Source of the DNA: Thermodesulfobacteriota bacterium
GTDB taxonomy: Bacteria; Desulfobacterota; QYQD01
DNA length: 64,000 nt
Direction of reading: 5' to 3'
NCBI GenBank assembly: GCA_040755415.1
Contig: JBFMAZ010000098.1
Span: forward strand, 2,160-66,159
Shown piece after piece: positions 21,011-30,540 of the stretch. Positions within the stretch are counted from its first letter, which is position 1, and every line of letters begins with the position of its first letter. The notes beneath the pieces were generated by a model that was not told where the DNA came from, searched no databases, and saw only the letters and a program-made list of their open reading frames with translations. Both the position numbers and the translations under genes were made by a program.

Positions 21011-21440
21011 AATCGCAGATGGAAAATTCGAAATCCGAAGTACGAAACTCGAAACAAACTCAAATGACCAAATAAGAGCAATGACCAAAACAAAAAATCG
21101 AAGGAGTTGCTGATGGACGTTTCGAACATTCGATATTTGGATTTCGGATTTGTTTCGGATTTCGTATCAGTTTAGCTGTTTGAAAAAGTATTTTAAAATC
21201 CCTCCCAACCTCCCTTTTCCAAAGGGAGGAGAAACATTTCCCCCTTTGAAAAAGGGGATCCCCCTACATTCCCCCTTTGAAAAAGGGGATCCCCCTACAT
21301 TCCCCCTTTGAAAAAGGGGGATTAAGGGGGATTTTCGAGGCGCCGTTTTCTGGACGACTAGCTCTTTTCAAACAGCTAAAGTGTTACCGGATTTCGTATT
21401 TCGATATTCGGATTTGTTTGCGGCTTTGCCGCGCTGCGGT
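21011..21440. repeat. Heptamer palindrome repeat (as 9333-9542) interrupted by a MITE
   Basis: Shared core aaaatcg.agg.gttgctgatggacgtttc; excising the MITE restores the palindrome. Confidence 0.85.
21164..21387. mobile_element. IS66-like MITE copy 2 (expanded by internal ~31-bp tandem duplication)
   Basis: GTATCAGTTTAGCTG...CAGCTAAAGTGTTAC; TSD CGGATTTC. Confidence 0.9.
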
Positions 21441-21441
21441 A

Positions 21442-23121
21442 TCAGGATGTGATCGGCAGCTTGACAATGCAGGCGGTCCCTTCCCCTACCTTACTCTTTA
21501 TTTCGATAGACCCCCCGTGGTCCTCGATTATCTTTCGCGAAATAGCCAGTCCGAGTCCTGTCCCTTTGGGTTTTGTGGTAAAGAACGGGTTAAATATATC
21601 CCGGAGATTTTCGCTGGGAATGCCCTTGCCGGTATCTGTAACCGTGATCTTGATCATCTGACCTTCCATATCCGTGGCAATGTCCAGCTTGCCGCCCTGG
21701 GGCATGGCCTCGGCCGCATTCTTGGCCAGATTGATGATGATCTGCTTAAGCTGCCGGGGATCAAACGAGCTGGCCGGAATATCAGGCCTCAGTGACTTGT
21801 TAAACTCTATTCCCTGTTTTTGAAGCTCTTCGGACATCAGGTTATAAACATCCAACGCTACGTCGTTGATATTCTGTACGCTCTTCTGGGGTGGGGCCAT
21901 CCTTGCAAAATCTGATACATCGACAAGCAGACCTTCCAGCCGCCTTATCTCGTCAATTACGATCTGTAGCTTCTTTCTGTTCGGATTTTCTGGCTCTAAG
22001 GACTCAAAGACCTGTTTGGAAAAACCGCCGATGAGCATCAGGGGGTTCTTGATCTCATGCGCCATGTGGGCCGCCCCCTTACCGATGGTGGCCAATCTTT
22101 CCGCCCGCAGGTTCCTTTCGTACGCGCGGCTTAATTCTTCCCTGGATCTCTTTAATTCCGTGACCATGTGACAAAAGGAATCGCCCAACTGGACTATCTC
22201 ATCCCCCACGTGCTCCCTATATACAGAGCATTCACGACACTCATCGAGCTTGTCCGGAAATTTTCCCATGGGCTGGCCCTTACAGAGGGTGCCGTCAATA
22301 AACCAGCACATCACATCGGTGCGTCCATAGGCCGGACAATCTTTCTTATCACAATTTTCTATCTCCCAGCACCTTACCCCCTTGCCTAAACTAAGCTTAA
22401 CGTCCAGGTTGCCACGGCTAACCTCATCGGTCCATGCTGTCAGCACGGATATCGGACGGGTAATGGATTTTGTGAGCCATTTATTTAAAAAAAACCCTAT
22501 CAGGCTGATAGAAAGGATAAAATAAAATAAATCACGCCTTAAATGGCTACTGACCATCTCCTCGATACGACTCCATCTATAGCCTACTGTCAAAACCCCC
22601 AGGATGACCGGTTCCGGGCCATGACATTTAAAACACGGCTTTTCATTGGGTATGGGTATGGCATAGCGGAGAACCTTCTCTGCCGCCGCCGGATGTTCTA
22701 CCCGCCGCATCTCCAGGCCTTTGGCCAGCTTACCGGTACGCAAGGCCTCCAGGGTGATACCGGATTCCGTCACCCTTCCGATGTTACCCTTTGCCACACC
22801 ACTATAGCGTATAACGCCCTTGGTGTCGGACAGATGCACGACATCAATATCTCTTAATGTGCGCAGACGCTCCAATATGCTCTGAACCTGCTCCATCTCG
22901 CCATCGAGCATTGGATATTCAACACTCTTCATGACGGTGTCACCGGTTTCTGCGGCCTTTCTCTCCTCTTCCTCCAGAAAATCCTTTCGGTGCGATACGA
23001 CGTCTATATATGTAAAAGTACCCATGCCTATAAGCAAGATCAGCCCTATGCCCAGCATAACCTTTACCCGGAGGCTGCGCAAAAGGAGGAAGGTTTTTAG
23101 TTTTTCTTTTAGACGCACCAT
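21442..23121 (-). CDS. Sensor histidine kinase with periplasmic heme-c motif and a Cys-rich (two-CW-like) insert in the HAMP domain
   Basis: CFKCH between TM segments; CWEIENC..CPAY..CWFIDGTLC..CRECSVY; AHEIKNP, PFFTTK. Confidence 0.88.
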   Translation of the reverse strand: MVRLKEKLKTFLLLRSLRVKVMLGIGLILLIGMGTFTYIDVVSHRKDFLEEEERKAAETGDTVMKSVEYPMLDGEMEQVQSILERLRTLRDIDVVHLSDTKGVIRYSGVAKGNIGRVTESGITLEALRTGKLAKGLEMRRVEHPAAAEKVLRYAIPIPNEKPCFKCHGPEPVILGVLTVGYRWSRIEEMVSSHLRRDLFYFILSISLIGFFLNKWLTKSITRPISVLTAWTDEVSRGNLDVKLSLGKGVRCWEIENCDKKDCPAYGRTDVMCWFIDGTLCKGQPMGKFPDKLDECRECSVYREHVGDEIVQLGDSFCHMVTELKRSREELSRAYERNLRAERLATIGKGAAHMAHEIKNPLMLIGGFSKQVFESLEPENPNRKKLQIVIDEIRRLEGLLVDVSDFARMAPPQKSVQNINDVALDVYNLMSEELQKQGIEFNKSLRPDIPASSFDPRQLKQIIINLAKNAAEAMPQGGKLDIATDMEGQMIKITVTDTGKGIPSENLRDIFNPFFTTKPKGTGLGLAISRKIIEDHGGSIEIKSKVGEGTACIVKLPITS

Positions 23122-23156
23122 TCAGACCTTCTTTCTATAGTGACATTGCCTATAAA

Positions 23157-23594
23157 TCAGTACCACCCTGGATGTCTGTGTCCGCTATGACAGGTGGTGC
23201 AGAGATTTTTAGGAATGGTCAAAGTCCGCTGATGTTCCTCTTTCGTTGGGGCCTTAAGATGCAAACTGGCCGGGCCATGGCAGGATTCACACTGTTTGTT
23301 TGCCATATCCGGTGTTTTTTCCACACTGCGAAAACCGCCCGGCTGTCCAAAACCTGTAGTGTGGCAGCGAAGACAATTCGGATCATGTTCCTTCTTCCTC
23401 ATCTGGATAATTCGAAAATTTTTAGAGTACTTCCACGTTAAGTATGTCTCCACTTCTTTCGGGTGGCACTCTTTACACTTCGCCATCCCCACATAGGTAG
23501 CCTTCTCCTTTGCCGCCCACGCTGTTTGTAAACCAAACAATAAATCCACACCGTAAGTAAAAAATAAGGCGATTATTACAATAAATATCTTCAT
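23157..23594 (-). CDS. Tetraheme cytochrome c554-like protein
   Basis: Signal peptide; CKECH, CLRCH, CESCH, CTTCH. Confidence 0.88.
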   Translation of the reverse strand: MKIFIVIIALFFTYGVDLLFGLQTAWAAKEKATYVGMAKCKECHPKEVETYLTWKYSKNFRIIQMRKKEHDPNCLRCHTTGFGQPGGFRSVEKTPDMANKQCESCHGPASLHLKAPTKEEHQRTLTIPKNLCTTCHSGHRHPGWY

Positions 23595-23904
23595 TATCCC
23601 CGCACCCCCTGTTGCCTGTTTGTAACCAGTTGTAAAAACTATATTTCAGCTTAACTGTATTTCCTTCCTCAGTCAAGCGCACAATGAACCACCCACAAAT
23701 CAGGGCCATAATACCGGGCTTTTTGCTCTATTAATAATTATCTATTATCCCACAGAAAACCCTTGACTAATGAATGGTTATAGTCTATGAAAATCAAGGT
23801 GAACTGCGCAAACTAAAGTTTGCGGCTACAGATACAATTAATGACTTTTGTAAGGACCTCATTGGTAAGGATGTTTAACGGGGGTTCGGAAAGGAGAGGT
23901 TGGA

Positions 23905-24954
23905 ATGGATAAGACGGGTATTAAAAATGGGCCACAGGCCTTAACAAGCCGCAGGGATTGTCTCAAGATCATAGGGATGCTCGGCCTGGGCATGGCCGTC
24001 CCAAGTGTTTGGCCGACATCATCCGAGGCCAAACTTTCTAACGGTCTTAATCAGGTCAGTAGAACCCTTCCCCTTATGGGCACTTTTGTCAATATAACTG
24101 TCCTGCATTCATCTCAGGACAGGGCCATCGAGGCCGTGGAAAAGGGCTTTTCCCGGATGGAGGAACTGGTCAAGGTGTTTGACCGCTACGCTAACAACAC
24201 CCCGGTATCCTGGTTAAACCACAAAGGCCAGCTCAAAGACGTCTGCCCTGAACTAGCACTGGTTATGAGCAAGGCTGCCTACTTTCATTTCCTGAGCCAG
24301 GGTTCTTTTGACATAACAGTCCAGCCCCTTGTTAACCTTTATAAAGAAGCATTCGCCAGGACCGGCCATGCGCCGTCACCAGAAAAAGTTAAAGAAAAAT
24401 TAGCCCTGGTTGATGCCGATAAGATACAGTTTAATAAGCAAGGCATCCGTTTCTTAAAAGAAGGCATGGGCATAACCCTGGATGGCATTGCCAAGGGCTA
24501 TATCGTTGACGAAGCCGCTAACGCCTTGAAAAAAATGGGTGTGCAGTATGCCCTGATCAATGCCGGTGGAGATATCCGGGCTATCGGCGGAAACGGCCCG
24601 GATAAGTCCTGGAAGATCGGCATTACCGACCCCCGGAAACAAAAGCCATACCTTCAGACTATAGCATTAAACAACGGCGCTGTTGCTACATCCGGTAACT
24701 ATGAGGTTTACTTTGACCGGGAAAAGCTTTACTACCATATTATTGATACGCATACTGGCCGGTCTCCCAGGGATATGGCCAGTGTAAGCATTACCGCGCC
24801 CACAGTCATGGAGGCCGATGCGCTTTCCACTACTGTCTTTGTTGAAGGTATAGAAAAAGGCATGCGACTTGTGGAAGCACTGCCGAACGTGGAGGCGCTG
24901 GTAATAACCGGCGGGAATAAGAAATTCGCTTCTAAGGGCTGGAAGACGGCCTAA
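23905..24954 (+). CDS. apbE: FAD:protein FMN transferase, Tat-exported
   Basis: SRRDCLK Tat motif, MGT, DGIAKGY, NAGGDI, ATSGNYE, HIID. Confidence 0.93.
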   Translation: MDKTGIKNGPQALTSRRDCLKIIGMLGLGMAVPSVWPTSSEAKLSNGLNQVSRTLPLMGTFVNITVLHSSQDRAIEAVEKGFSRMEELVKVFDRYANNTPVSWLNHKGQLKDVCPELALVMSKAAYFHFLSQGSFDITVQPLVNLYKEAFARTGHAPSPEKVKEKLALVDADKIQFNKQGIRFLKEGMGITLDGIAKGYIVDEAANALKKMGVQYALINAGGDIRAIGGNGPDKSWKIGITDPRKQKPYLQTIALNNGAVATSGNYEVYFDREKLYYHIIDTHTGRSPRDMASVSITAPTVMEADALSTTVFVEGIEKGMRLVEALPNVEALVITGGNKKFASKGWKTA

Positions 24955-25015
24955 GAAATAATGACATTTCAGATAATTAATCAAAGTTTCCATAACTTAT
25001 CGATATATCTAAAAC

Positions 25016-25054
25016 AAAAACGCCGGTTCATGTAGAATGAACCGGCTTTTTTTT
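25016..25054. terminator. Intrinsic terminator after apbE (possibly bidirectional)
   Basis: gccggttcat-gtaga-atgaaccggc followed by T8 and preceded by an A-run. Confidence 0.8.
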
Positions 25055-25068
25055 ATTGCAAAATTCTC

Positions 25069-25177
25069 TAAAATCTCCCCTTACCCCTCTTTGCTAAAGA
25101 GGGGTGATATCATCCCTTTTGGAAAAGAAGGCCTCCGTATAAAATCCCCCCTTTAGAAAAGGGGGCTAGGGGGATTT
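25069..25177. repeat. CCCCTTT..AAAGGGG hairpin repeat
   Basis: Three hairpins of the same family as the MITE cargo. Confidence 0.7.
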
Positions 25178-26060
25178 ACGGCACCAACAGCGTCGGAAGC
25201 TCAGATGCCTCGGCTATGCGGTGTGAGACGCTGCCCAGGAAAAATTCCTTAACCCGATCCTTTCCTGTCGTTCCCAGTACGATCATGGTAGAGTTCAACT
25301 CCCGGGAAATTCGTATAATCTCGACTGCGGTATGGCCTGCGGTGAGATGCGGCTCGGCAGTGACACCGGCCTTTTTCAGGGTCGCACAGTACTTGTCCAG
25401 CCTTTCTTTACTTTCCTTCTCTATTCGATACAACTCTGTCTTATCGAGGCCCTTAGAGATCTTAACACCGATTATATGGGCCACATCCACCTTATCCACG
25501 GCGCCCTTCAGGGTTGTGATAAATTCAAGCGCATTTTCTGAAGGCCTCGACCAGTCGGTAGCAAACAGGGGCCTCTGGAAGGGATGTTCATTAACACGCC
25601 TTACACATTGCCCCTCCATATCACAATAAACCATATACTTGCTTATAAGAACCGGGATGGCCGTACTCCGGCGCAACAACTCCAGGGTATGTGAACCCAC
25701 ATAGACTTTTTCCAGGGCTGTCCGTTTTTTCCGCCCGGCTACAATCAGATCGACCTTCTCCTTTTCAGCAATTCTGACTAGCTTTGGAACCGGCTCACCA
25801 ACCTCGATGCGGATTTTACTATCCACACCTGCCTTGGACAGGGCCTCCTGCCAGTCTTCAAACCGGATCCGGGCCTGCTCCCGCAAGCGCTCCTCCTCAT
25901 CTTTCATGTAGCCGCCGTACGGGACAAAGGCCACCTCTTCGCGCGGGATTATATAGGTAAGTACGATCTCCTTGAGCCCGGCCGCCTTTAAATCCAGAAG
26001 GGACTCCAGGGCATCAAAGGCCAATTCCCTGAATTTTGTCGCAAACAGAAGCTTTTTCAT
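25176..26060 (-). CDS. Tandem-domain universal stress protein
   Basis: Two USP domains; FLGSVSHRIA. Confidence 0.88.
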   Translation of the reverse strand: MKKLLFATKFRELAFDALESLLDLKAAGLKEIVLTYIIPREEVAFVPYGGYMKDEEERLREQARIRFEDWQEALSKAGVDSKIRIEVGEPVPKLVRIAEKEKVDLIVAGRKKRTALEKVYVGSHTLELLRRSTAIPVLISKYMVYCDMEGQCVRRVNEHPFQRPLFATDWSRPSENALEFITTLKGAVDKVDVAHIIGVKISKGLDKTELYRIEKESKERLDKYCATLKKAGVTAEPHLTAGHTAVEIIRISRELNSTMIVLGTTGKDRVKEFFLGSVSHRIAEASELPTLLVP

Positions 26061-26070
26061 ACAGCCCTCC

Positions 26071-27516
26071 CTACATAAAGAAGATAAAGGTTATAGCTAC
26101 AAAGGTCGTACAAAGTACGGGGATAGAATACTTGATCATGTATCCAAAGAAGCTGGGCATGGGTGTACCGGCCTCCTCAGCAATAGATCTTACCATAAAG
26201 TTCGGGGCGTTGCCAATATAAGTGTTGGCCCCCATGAAAACCGATCCGCAGGAAATGGCCTTTAGATAGATAGCATTCTCTGCAATAAGCTTTGGCACTG
26301 CCTGGGCCTCCGGCATGCCCGGATAGTAACTGCCCAGCGCCGTACTGAAGAAGGTGAGGTAGGTCGGGGCATTGTCCAGAAAGCTGGAAAGGATGCCCGA
26401 GGCCCAGAAATAGTGGGCCGGTTCCTTGACCGCTTCGATAAGAAAAGCCAATGCGCCCTTGGTCCCCGCCTTCAGAATAAGCAGGCAAGGCACCATGCTG
26501 ACAAATATACCGGCAAAGAGATAGGCGACTTCCAGAATAGGGGCCCAGGTGAAGTCATTGTCCTCCCTCACCGTCTTAGAAGTGGTCACCAAGGAAAGTC
26601 CGCCCATCAGTATCAGGATAGCGTCCCGGACCAGATCAGCCACCGCCCGGTGTATGCCGAACATATTAATGGAACCCCAGTCCACCAGACCGCTCATCAG
26701 CACCGCACCGACGATACCGGCCAGAAAGAGGAAATTCAGGGCCCCATCCAGCCGCAGGGGCTCTTTGGGCCCTTCTTCCACCGGCGCGGTCACCCCTTCC
26801 TTCTTGTACATATAGGTATCGACTACAAAGTAAATGGCCAGGACTATAGCGGCTACGGCCAGCATCTGCGGCAATATATTGAAGGTCCAGGTGAAAGGGA
26901 CACCGTGCAGGAACCCGAGGAAGAGCGGGGGGTCGCCGAGCGGGGTTAAGGCCCCGCCGACATTGGCCACCAGGAAAATAAAGAATACGACCATGAAGCT
27001 CCGGTTCTTGCGGTAGTTATTGGCGCGCAGGAACGGCCGTATCATCAGCATGGCCGCTCCCGTAGTACCCATCCACGAGGCCAGGGCCGTGCCTATGATG
27101 AGCATGACCGTATTTACCACCGGCGTGCCCCTTAGCGAACCTCTGAGGAGGATGCCCCCTGAGACCGTAAATAATGACCAAAGCAGGATGATAAAGGGCA
27201 CATAATCTGCTACTATCACATGCACGAATTCATACAAGGCCGTACCCGCATAGGCAATAAGCATAGGGATGGCCACCAGTACCGCCCAGAAAGCAGAAAT
27301 CTTCCCAAAATGGTGATGCCAGAACTTGGGCAGGAAAAGCGGCATAAGGGCGATGGAAAGGAGCATACCCGCAAATGGTATGGCGCTGTAAAGAGGCAGC
27401 ACTTCTCCTAAATTAATCCCGCCATGCCCGTGCCCAGCCTCAGACGCCAGCGCAACCGATGGAAACACGGTTAGACATATCAGCAAAAAAAGCGACGACA
27501 ACTTCCCTCGAGTCAT
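26071..27516 (-). CDS. Putative Na+/H+ antiporter (ion transporter superfamily)
   Basis: NVGGALTPLGDPPLFLG, SSFLDNAPTY, TYIGNAPNFMV. Confidence 0.82.
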   Translation of the reverse strand: MTRGKLSSLFLLICLTVFPSVALASEAGHGHGGINLGEVLPLYSAIPFAGMLLSIALMPLFLPKFWHHHFGKISAFWAVLVAIPMLIAYAGTALYEFVHVIVADYVPFIILLWSLFTVSGGILLRGSLRGTPVVNTVMLIIGTALASWMGTTGAAMLMIRPFLRANNYRKNRSFMVVFFIFLVANVGGALTPLGDPPLFLGFLHGVPFTWTFNILPQMLAVAAIVLAIYFVVDTYMYKKEGVTAPVEEGPKEPLRLDGALNFLFLAGIVGAVLMSGLVDWGSINMFGIHRAVADLVRDAILILMGGLSLVTTSKTVREDNDFTWAPILEVAYLFAGIFVSMVPCLLILKAGTKGALAFLIEAVKEPAHYFWASGILSSFLDNAPTYLTFFSTALGSYYPGMPEAQAVPKLIAENAIYLKAISCGSVFMGANTYIGNAPNFMVRSIAEEAGTPMPSFFGYMIKYSIPVLCTTFVAITFIFFM

Positions 27517-27562
27517 AAGTATTCCCCTCCAGTATCCTCTGCAGAATCTTATGGCCTTACAG

Positions 27563-27997
27563 CTAAGCCACTACCTTTGTAATTATTGGATTGTAGGACT
27601 GATCTCCGGTATATTTGATGTGGGCATAATATCTTATGCCAATGAAGGTAAGTACGACGAACAAAAGACTAAAAACAGCCCCTGAAATATCCTTGTCGCC
27701 CAAAACCCGCGAGTGATAACCTATCAGCGCCCCGGCTACCAGACCAGCCAGGGGAACAAGATATAAGATAAAGGATGCCTTTACTTCCCCCTCCACCTTG
27801 AGCGAGACACGCACCCGCTGGCCTTTGGAGGCCCCTACGGTATTTAATGCCGTAAGCACTGTCTCGCCTTCGCCAAGTAACCCGCACGTCTCGCGGGTCG
27901 AGCAACTGTCGCAGGCCGGGCTGCGCTTGATCCTGACCTTAGCCCGGTTACCTTCGACTGCGATTACCTCGCCCTCTTCTTCCCGAATCCGAACCAT
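27563..27997 (-). CDS. RseC/MucC family protein
   Basis: ACDSCSTRETC, two C-terminal TM helices, within the rnf operon. Confidence 0.85.
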   Translation of the reverse strand: MVRIREEEGEVIAVEGNRAKVRIKRSPACDSCSTRETCGLLGEGETVLTALNTVGASKGQRVRVSLKVEGEVKASFILYLVPLAGLVAGALIGYHSRVLGDKDISGAVFSLLFVVLTFIGIRYYAHIKYTGDQSYNPIITKVVA

Positions 27998-27999
27998 AA

Positions 28000-28476
28000 T
28001 TAATCCACAACCCAGACCGTACAGTTCCGTGCAAAACTTACCACCTTGTTCGAAACGCTGCCAAACATAAATTCCTTTATTCCAGAAACACCCCTTCGCC
28101 CGACAACAATGGTACTATACCTTCCTTCCTGGGCCTCAAACATGATGTCCCTGGCTATACCGACCTTCTTTATCTGGATCTTGACGCCTATCCTGTTATC
28201 CGGGATCCCTGCTTCCTCCAGAATCTTCCTGGCTGAAGCCGTAACAGATTCCATCATCTTGCGCTTCTCTTCCGTCAGCCCCTTTAACTCCAGCATCTTA
28301 CTGGCAAAGACGGGATGCAGCGAGGGTTCCTTTTCTAAGCCGGTGCCCGGAGCTTCCGGCAGCACACTGAATAGGGTTACCTCCACGGCCTTTGGGTTCA
28401 CGGTGTCAGCCACATACCGCACCGCCTTCATAGAATATTCTGACTCATCCATGGCTATCAATATCTTCTGGGCCAT
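28000..28476 (-). CDS. Universal stress protein
   Basis: KILIAMDES, VGRRG, FGSVSNKV. Confidence 0.9.
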   Translation of the reverse strand: MAQKILIAMDESEYSMKAVRYVADTVNPKAVEVTLFSVLPEAPGTGLEKEPSLHPVFASKMLELKGLTEEKRKMMESVTASARKILEEAGIPDNRIGVKIQIKKVGIARDIMFEAQEGRYSTIVVGRRGVSGIKEFMFGSVSNKVVSFARNCTVWVVD

Positions 28477-28487
28477 TCAACGCCTCC

Positions 28488-29294
28488 TCATACTACGGTG
28501 AAAACTAAGCTTTGAATAATACCGGTCGGACACTTCTCAAAACATTTTCCGCAACCCGTGCATTTCGCGGCATCCACGACCGAAAGGAATTTTACCACCT
28601 CAACCGCCTTTTCCGGACACGCCTTCTTGCACAGGCCGCAGCCCAAGCAGCCGGCCTCACAGATCTCCTTGACCAGCTTGCCAACATCGTGCGAACTACA
28701 AAGGCTCGCCACTTTCTGCGACACCGGCACTACCTTAGGGATATGCCGCGGACACACCTTGACACATGTCCCGCAGGCCGTACATTTCTCATCATCTACC
28801 CTGGGCAGGCCGTCTTCACCCATGCTGAGCGCCCCGAACGGACAATTGGCTACGCAGGTGCCCAGTCCCAGGCATCCGTAACTACAAGATTTATCACCGC
28901 CGGAGACCAGCATGGCCGCCCGGCAGTCATTAATACCCATGTATTTGAACTTTCGTTCGGCCTTGGCACTGTCGCCTTTACAGAAGATCCGGGCTACCTC
29001 GCGTTCTGCCGCCACGGCCGAGACCCCCAGTACACCGGCCACTGCCTGAGCCACCGAGGCCCCACCGGCCTTACAGGCATTGACCGGCGCCTTGCCTTCA
29101 ACGATAGCCGCCGCACAGTCACTACAGCCGGCATATCCGCAACCGCCGCAATTGGCGCCAGGCAGCACGTCGGCTACCTGCGTAATGCGGGGGTCAACAT
29201 ATACATAAAATATCTTACTGGCCACCCCGAGGATTACACTCAGTGCCAATCCTAACACCCCCATCGCCCCTATTGCTATAACTATCGGTCCCAT
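28488..29294 (-). CDS. rnfB: Rnf complex subunit B (polyferredoxin)
   Basis: LPGANCGGCGYAGC, several CxxCxxCxxxCP motifs. Confidence 0.93.
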   Translation of the reverse strand: MGPIVIAIGAMGVLGLALSVILGVASKIFYVYVDPRITQVADVLPGANCGGCGYAGCSDCAAAIVEGKAPVNACKAGGASVAQAVAGVLGVSAVAAEREVARIFCKGDSAKAERKFKYMGINDCRAAMLVSGGDKSCSYGCLGLGTCVANCPFGALSMGEDGLPRVDDEKCTACGTCVKVCPRHIPKVVPVSQKVASLCSSHDVGKLVKEICEAGCLGCGLCKKACPEKAVEVVKFLSVVDAAKCTGCGKCFEKCPTGIIQSLVFTVV

Positions 29295-29318
29295 AGAAAT
29301 CTCACCTGCCTTACAGAT

Positions 29319-29897
29319 TTAAGATATGCCGGCCAGGCCGTAAAAGGTAAGGCCTATCATGCCGGCCGTGATCAGCCCAAGAGGTACCCCATCCAACAGC
29401 TTGGGTATCCTGGCTATGAGCATCCTTTCCCGGATACCGGCCATAATCACCATGGCCATACTAAACCCCACCGCCGTGAAGATAGAATAAACCAAGGTAT
29501 GCATAAAATCATAATCCTCCCGGATGTTTAACACCGCCACGCCGAAGATCATGCAGTTGGTGGTTATGAGGGGCAGGTAAATACCCAAAGCCCGATAAAG
29601 CGCCGGTGATACCTTCTGGATGACCATCTCCACAAACTGAACCAGGCCGGCAATGATCAGGATAAAGGCCAGGGTCTGGAGGTATTCCAGGCCCAGGGTA
29701 TCCAGTACCGCCTTCTGAAATATCCAGCAGAGAACGCCGGAGAGGACGTTCACAAATATACAGGCGGCGGACATGCCGAGGGCGCTGTCCATGGCTGTGG
29801 TAACCCCCAGGAAAGGGCAGTTCCCCAAAAATCTGATCAGGAGAATGTTATTAACGATAATGGCCGAAAGGATAAACATGAACCAGCTTTGTTCCAT
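29319..29897 (-). CDS. rnfA: Rnf complex subunit A
   Basis: FLGNCPFLG, LPLITTNC, GIRERM. Confidence 0.95.
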   Translation of the reverse strand: MEQSWFMFILSAIIVNNILLIRFLGNCPFLGVTTAMDSALGMSAACIFVNVLSGVLCWIFQKAVLDTLGLEYLQTLAFILIIAGLVQFVEMVIQKVSPALYRALGIYLPLITTNCMIFGVAVLNIREDYDFMHTLVYSIFTAVGFSMAMVIMAGIRERMLIARIPKLLDGVPLGLITAGMIGLTFYGLAGIS

Positions 29898-29917
29898 AGC
29901 TAAATCGTCTCCTTAGA

Positions 29918-30523
29918 TTATTTCTTGGCTTCCAGCTTTAAGGAAATAAAATTCATGATGCCGAGGAGCGAACCCAGTAAGGCAAAGGCCCCCGGCGGCT
30001 TGAGAAGGTAGGGCATGCCCGGATAGCTCTCCGGCATGACCGGTATTCCGAACCAGGAACCCTTGCCCAGTATCTCCCGTATGGTCGATACCACAACCAG
30101 TGATATGGTAAATCCTATCCCCATTCCTAATCCATCAGCCAGAGAGAGCCCGACCGGCTCCTTGCGGGCGAAGGCCTCCGCCCGTCCCAGGGGTATTCAG
30201 TTAACCACGATAAGCGGGATCCAGATACCGAGCACCAGGAAGAGTGGATAGAAATAGGCCTGCATCACCAGCTCCACTATGATGACCGCGCTGGCAATGA
30301 TGGCAATAAAGACCGCTATCCTCACCTTATCCGGGATAATCTTCCGCAGCATGGAGATAAAGACGTTACCCATGGTGGTCACAAAAATGACCCCGGCCCC
30401 CAGGCCCACTCCGTTGGCCACGTCCGTAGTCACGGCCAGGGTCGAGCACAGGCCAAGGACGAAACGGAAGGGCGGGATCTCCTTCCAGAGGCCCTTGGTA
30501 AATTCACTGACAATACGCGCCAT
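29918..30523 (-). CDS. rnfE: Rnf complex subunit E, predicted selenoprotein (Sec109)
   Basis: ORFs 30197..30523 and 29918..30124 share one frame; the single TGA (30197-30199) occupies the Cys position of PLIVVNC..GRAEAFA; readthrough gives 201 aa. Confidence 0.88.
30165..30184 (-). promoter_or_regulatory. Putative bacterial SECIS hairpin of rnfE
   Basis: CGGGCGGA-GGCC-TTCGCCCG, 8-bp stem starting at +13 after TGA, loop begins with G. Confidence 0.7.
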
Positions 30524-30540
30524 TTACAACCTCCTTAATT

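Noticed and set aside
29918-30523. rnfE as a nonsense pseudogene or two genes
   Set aside because: The stop falls exactly on the conserved Cys, is TGA, has a SECIS-like hairpin, and the rest of the operon is intact; it cannot be fully excluded without reads
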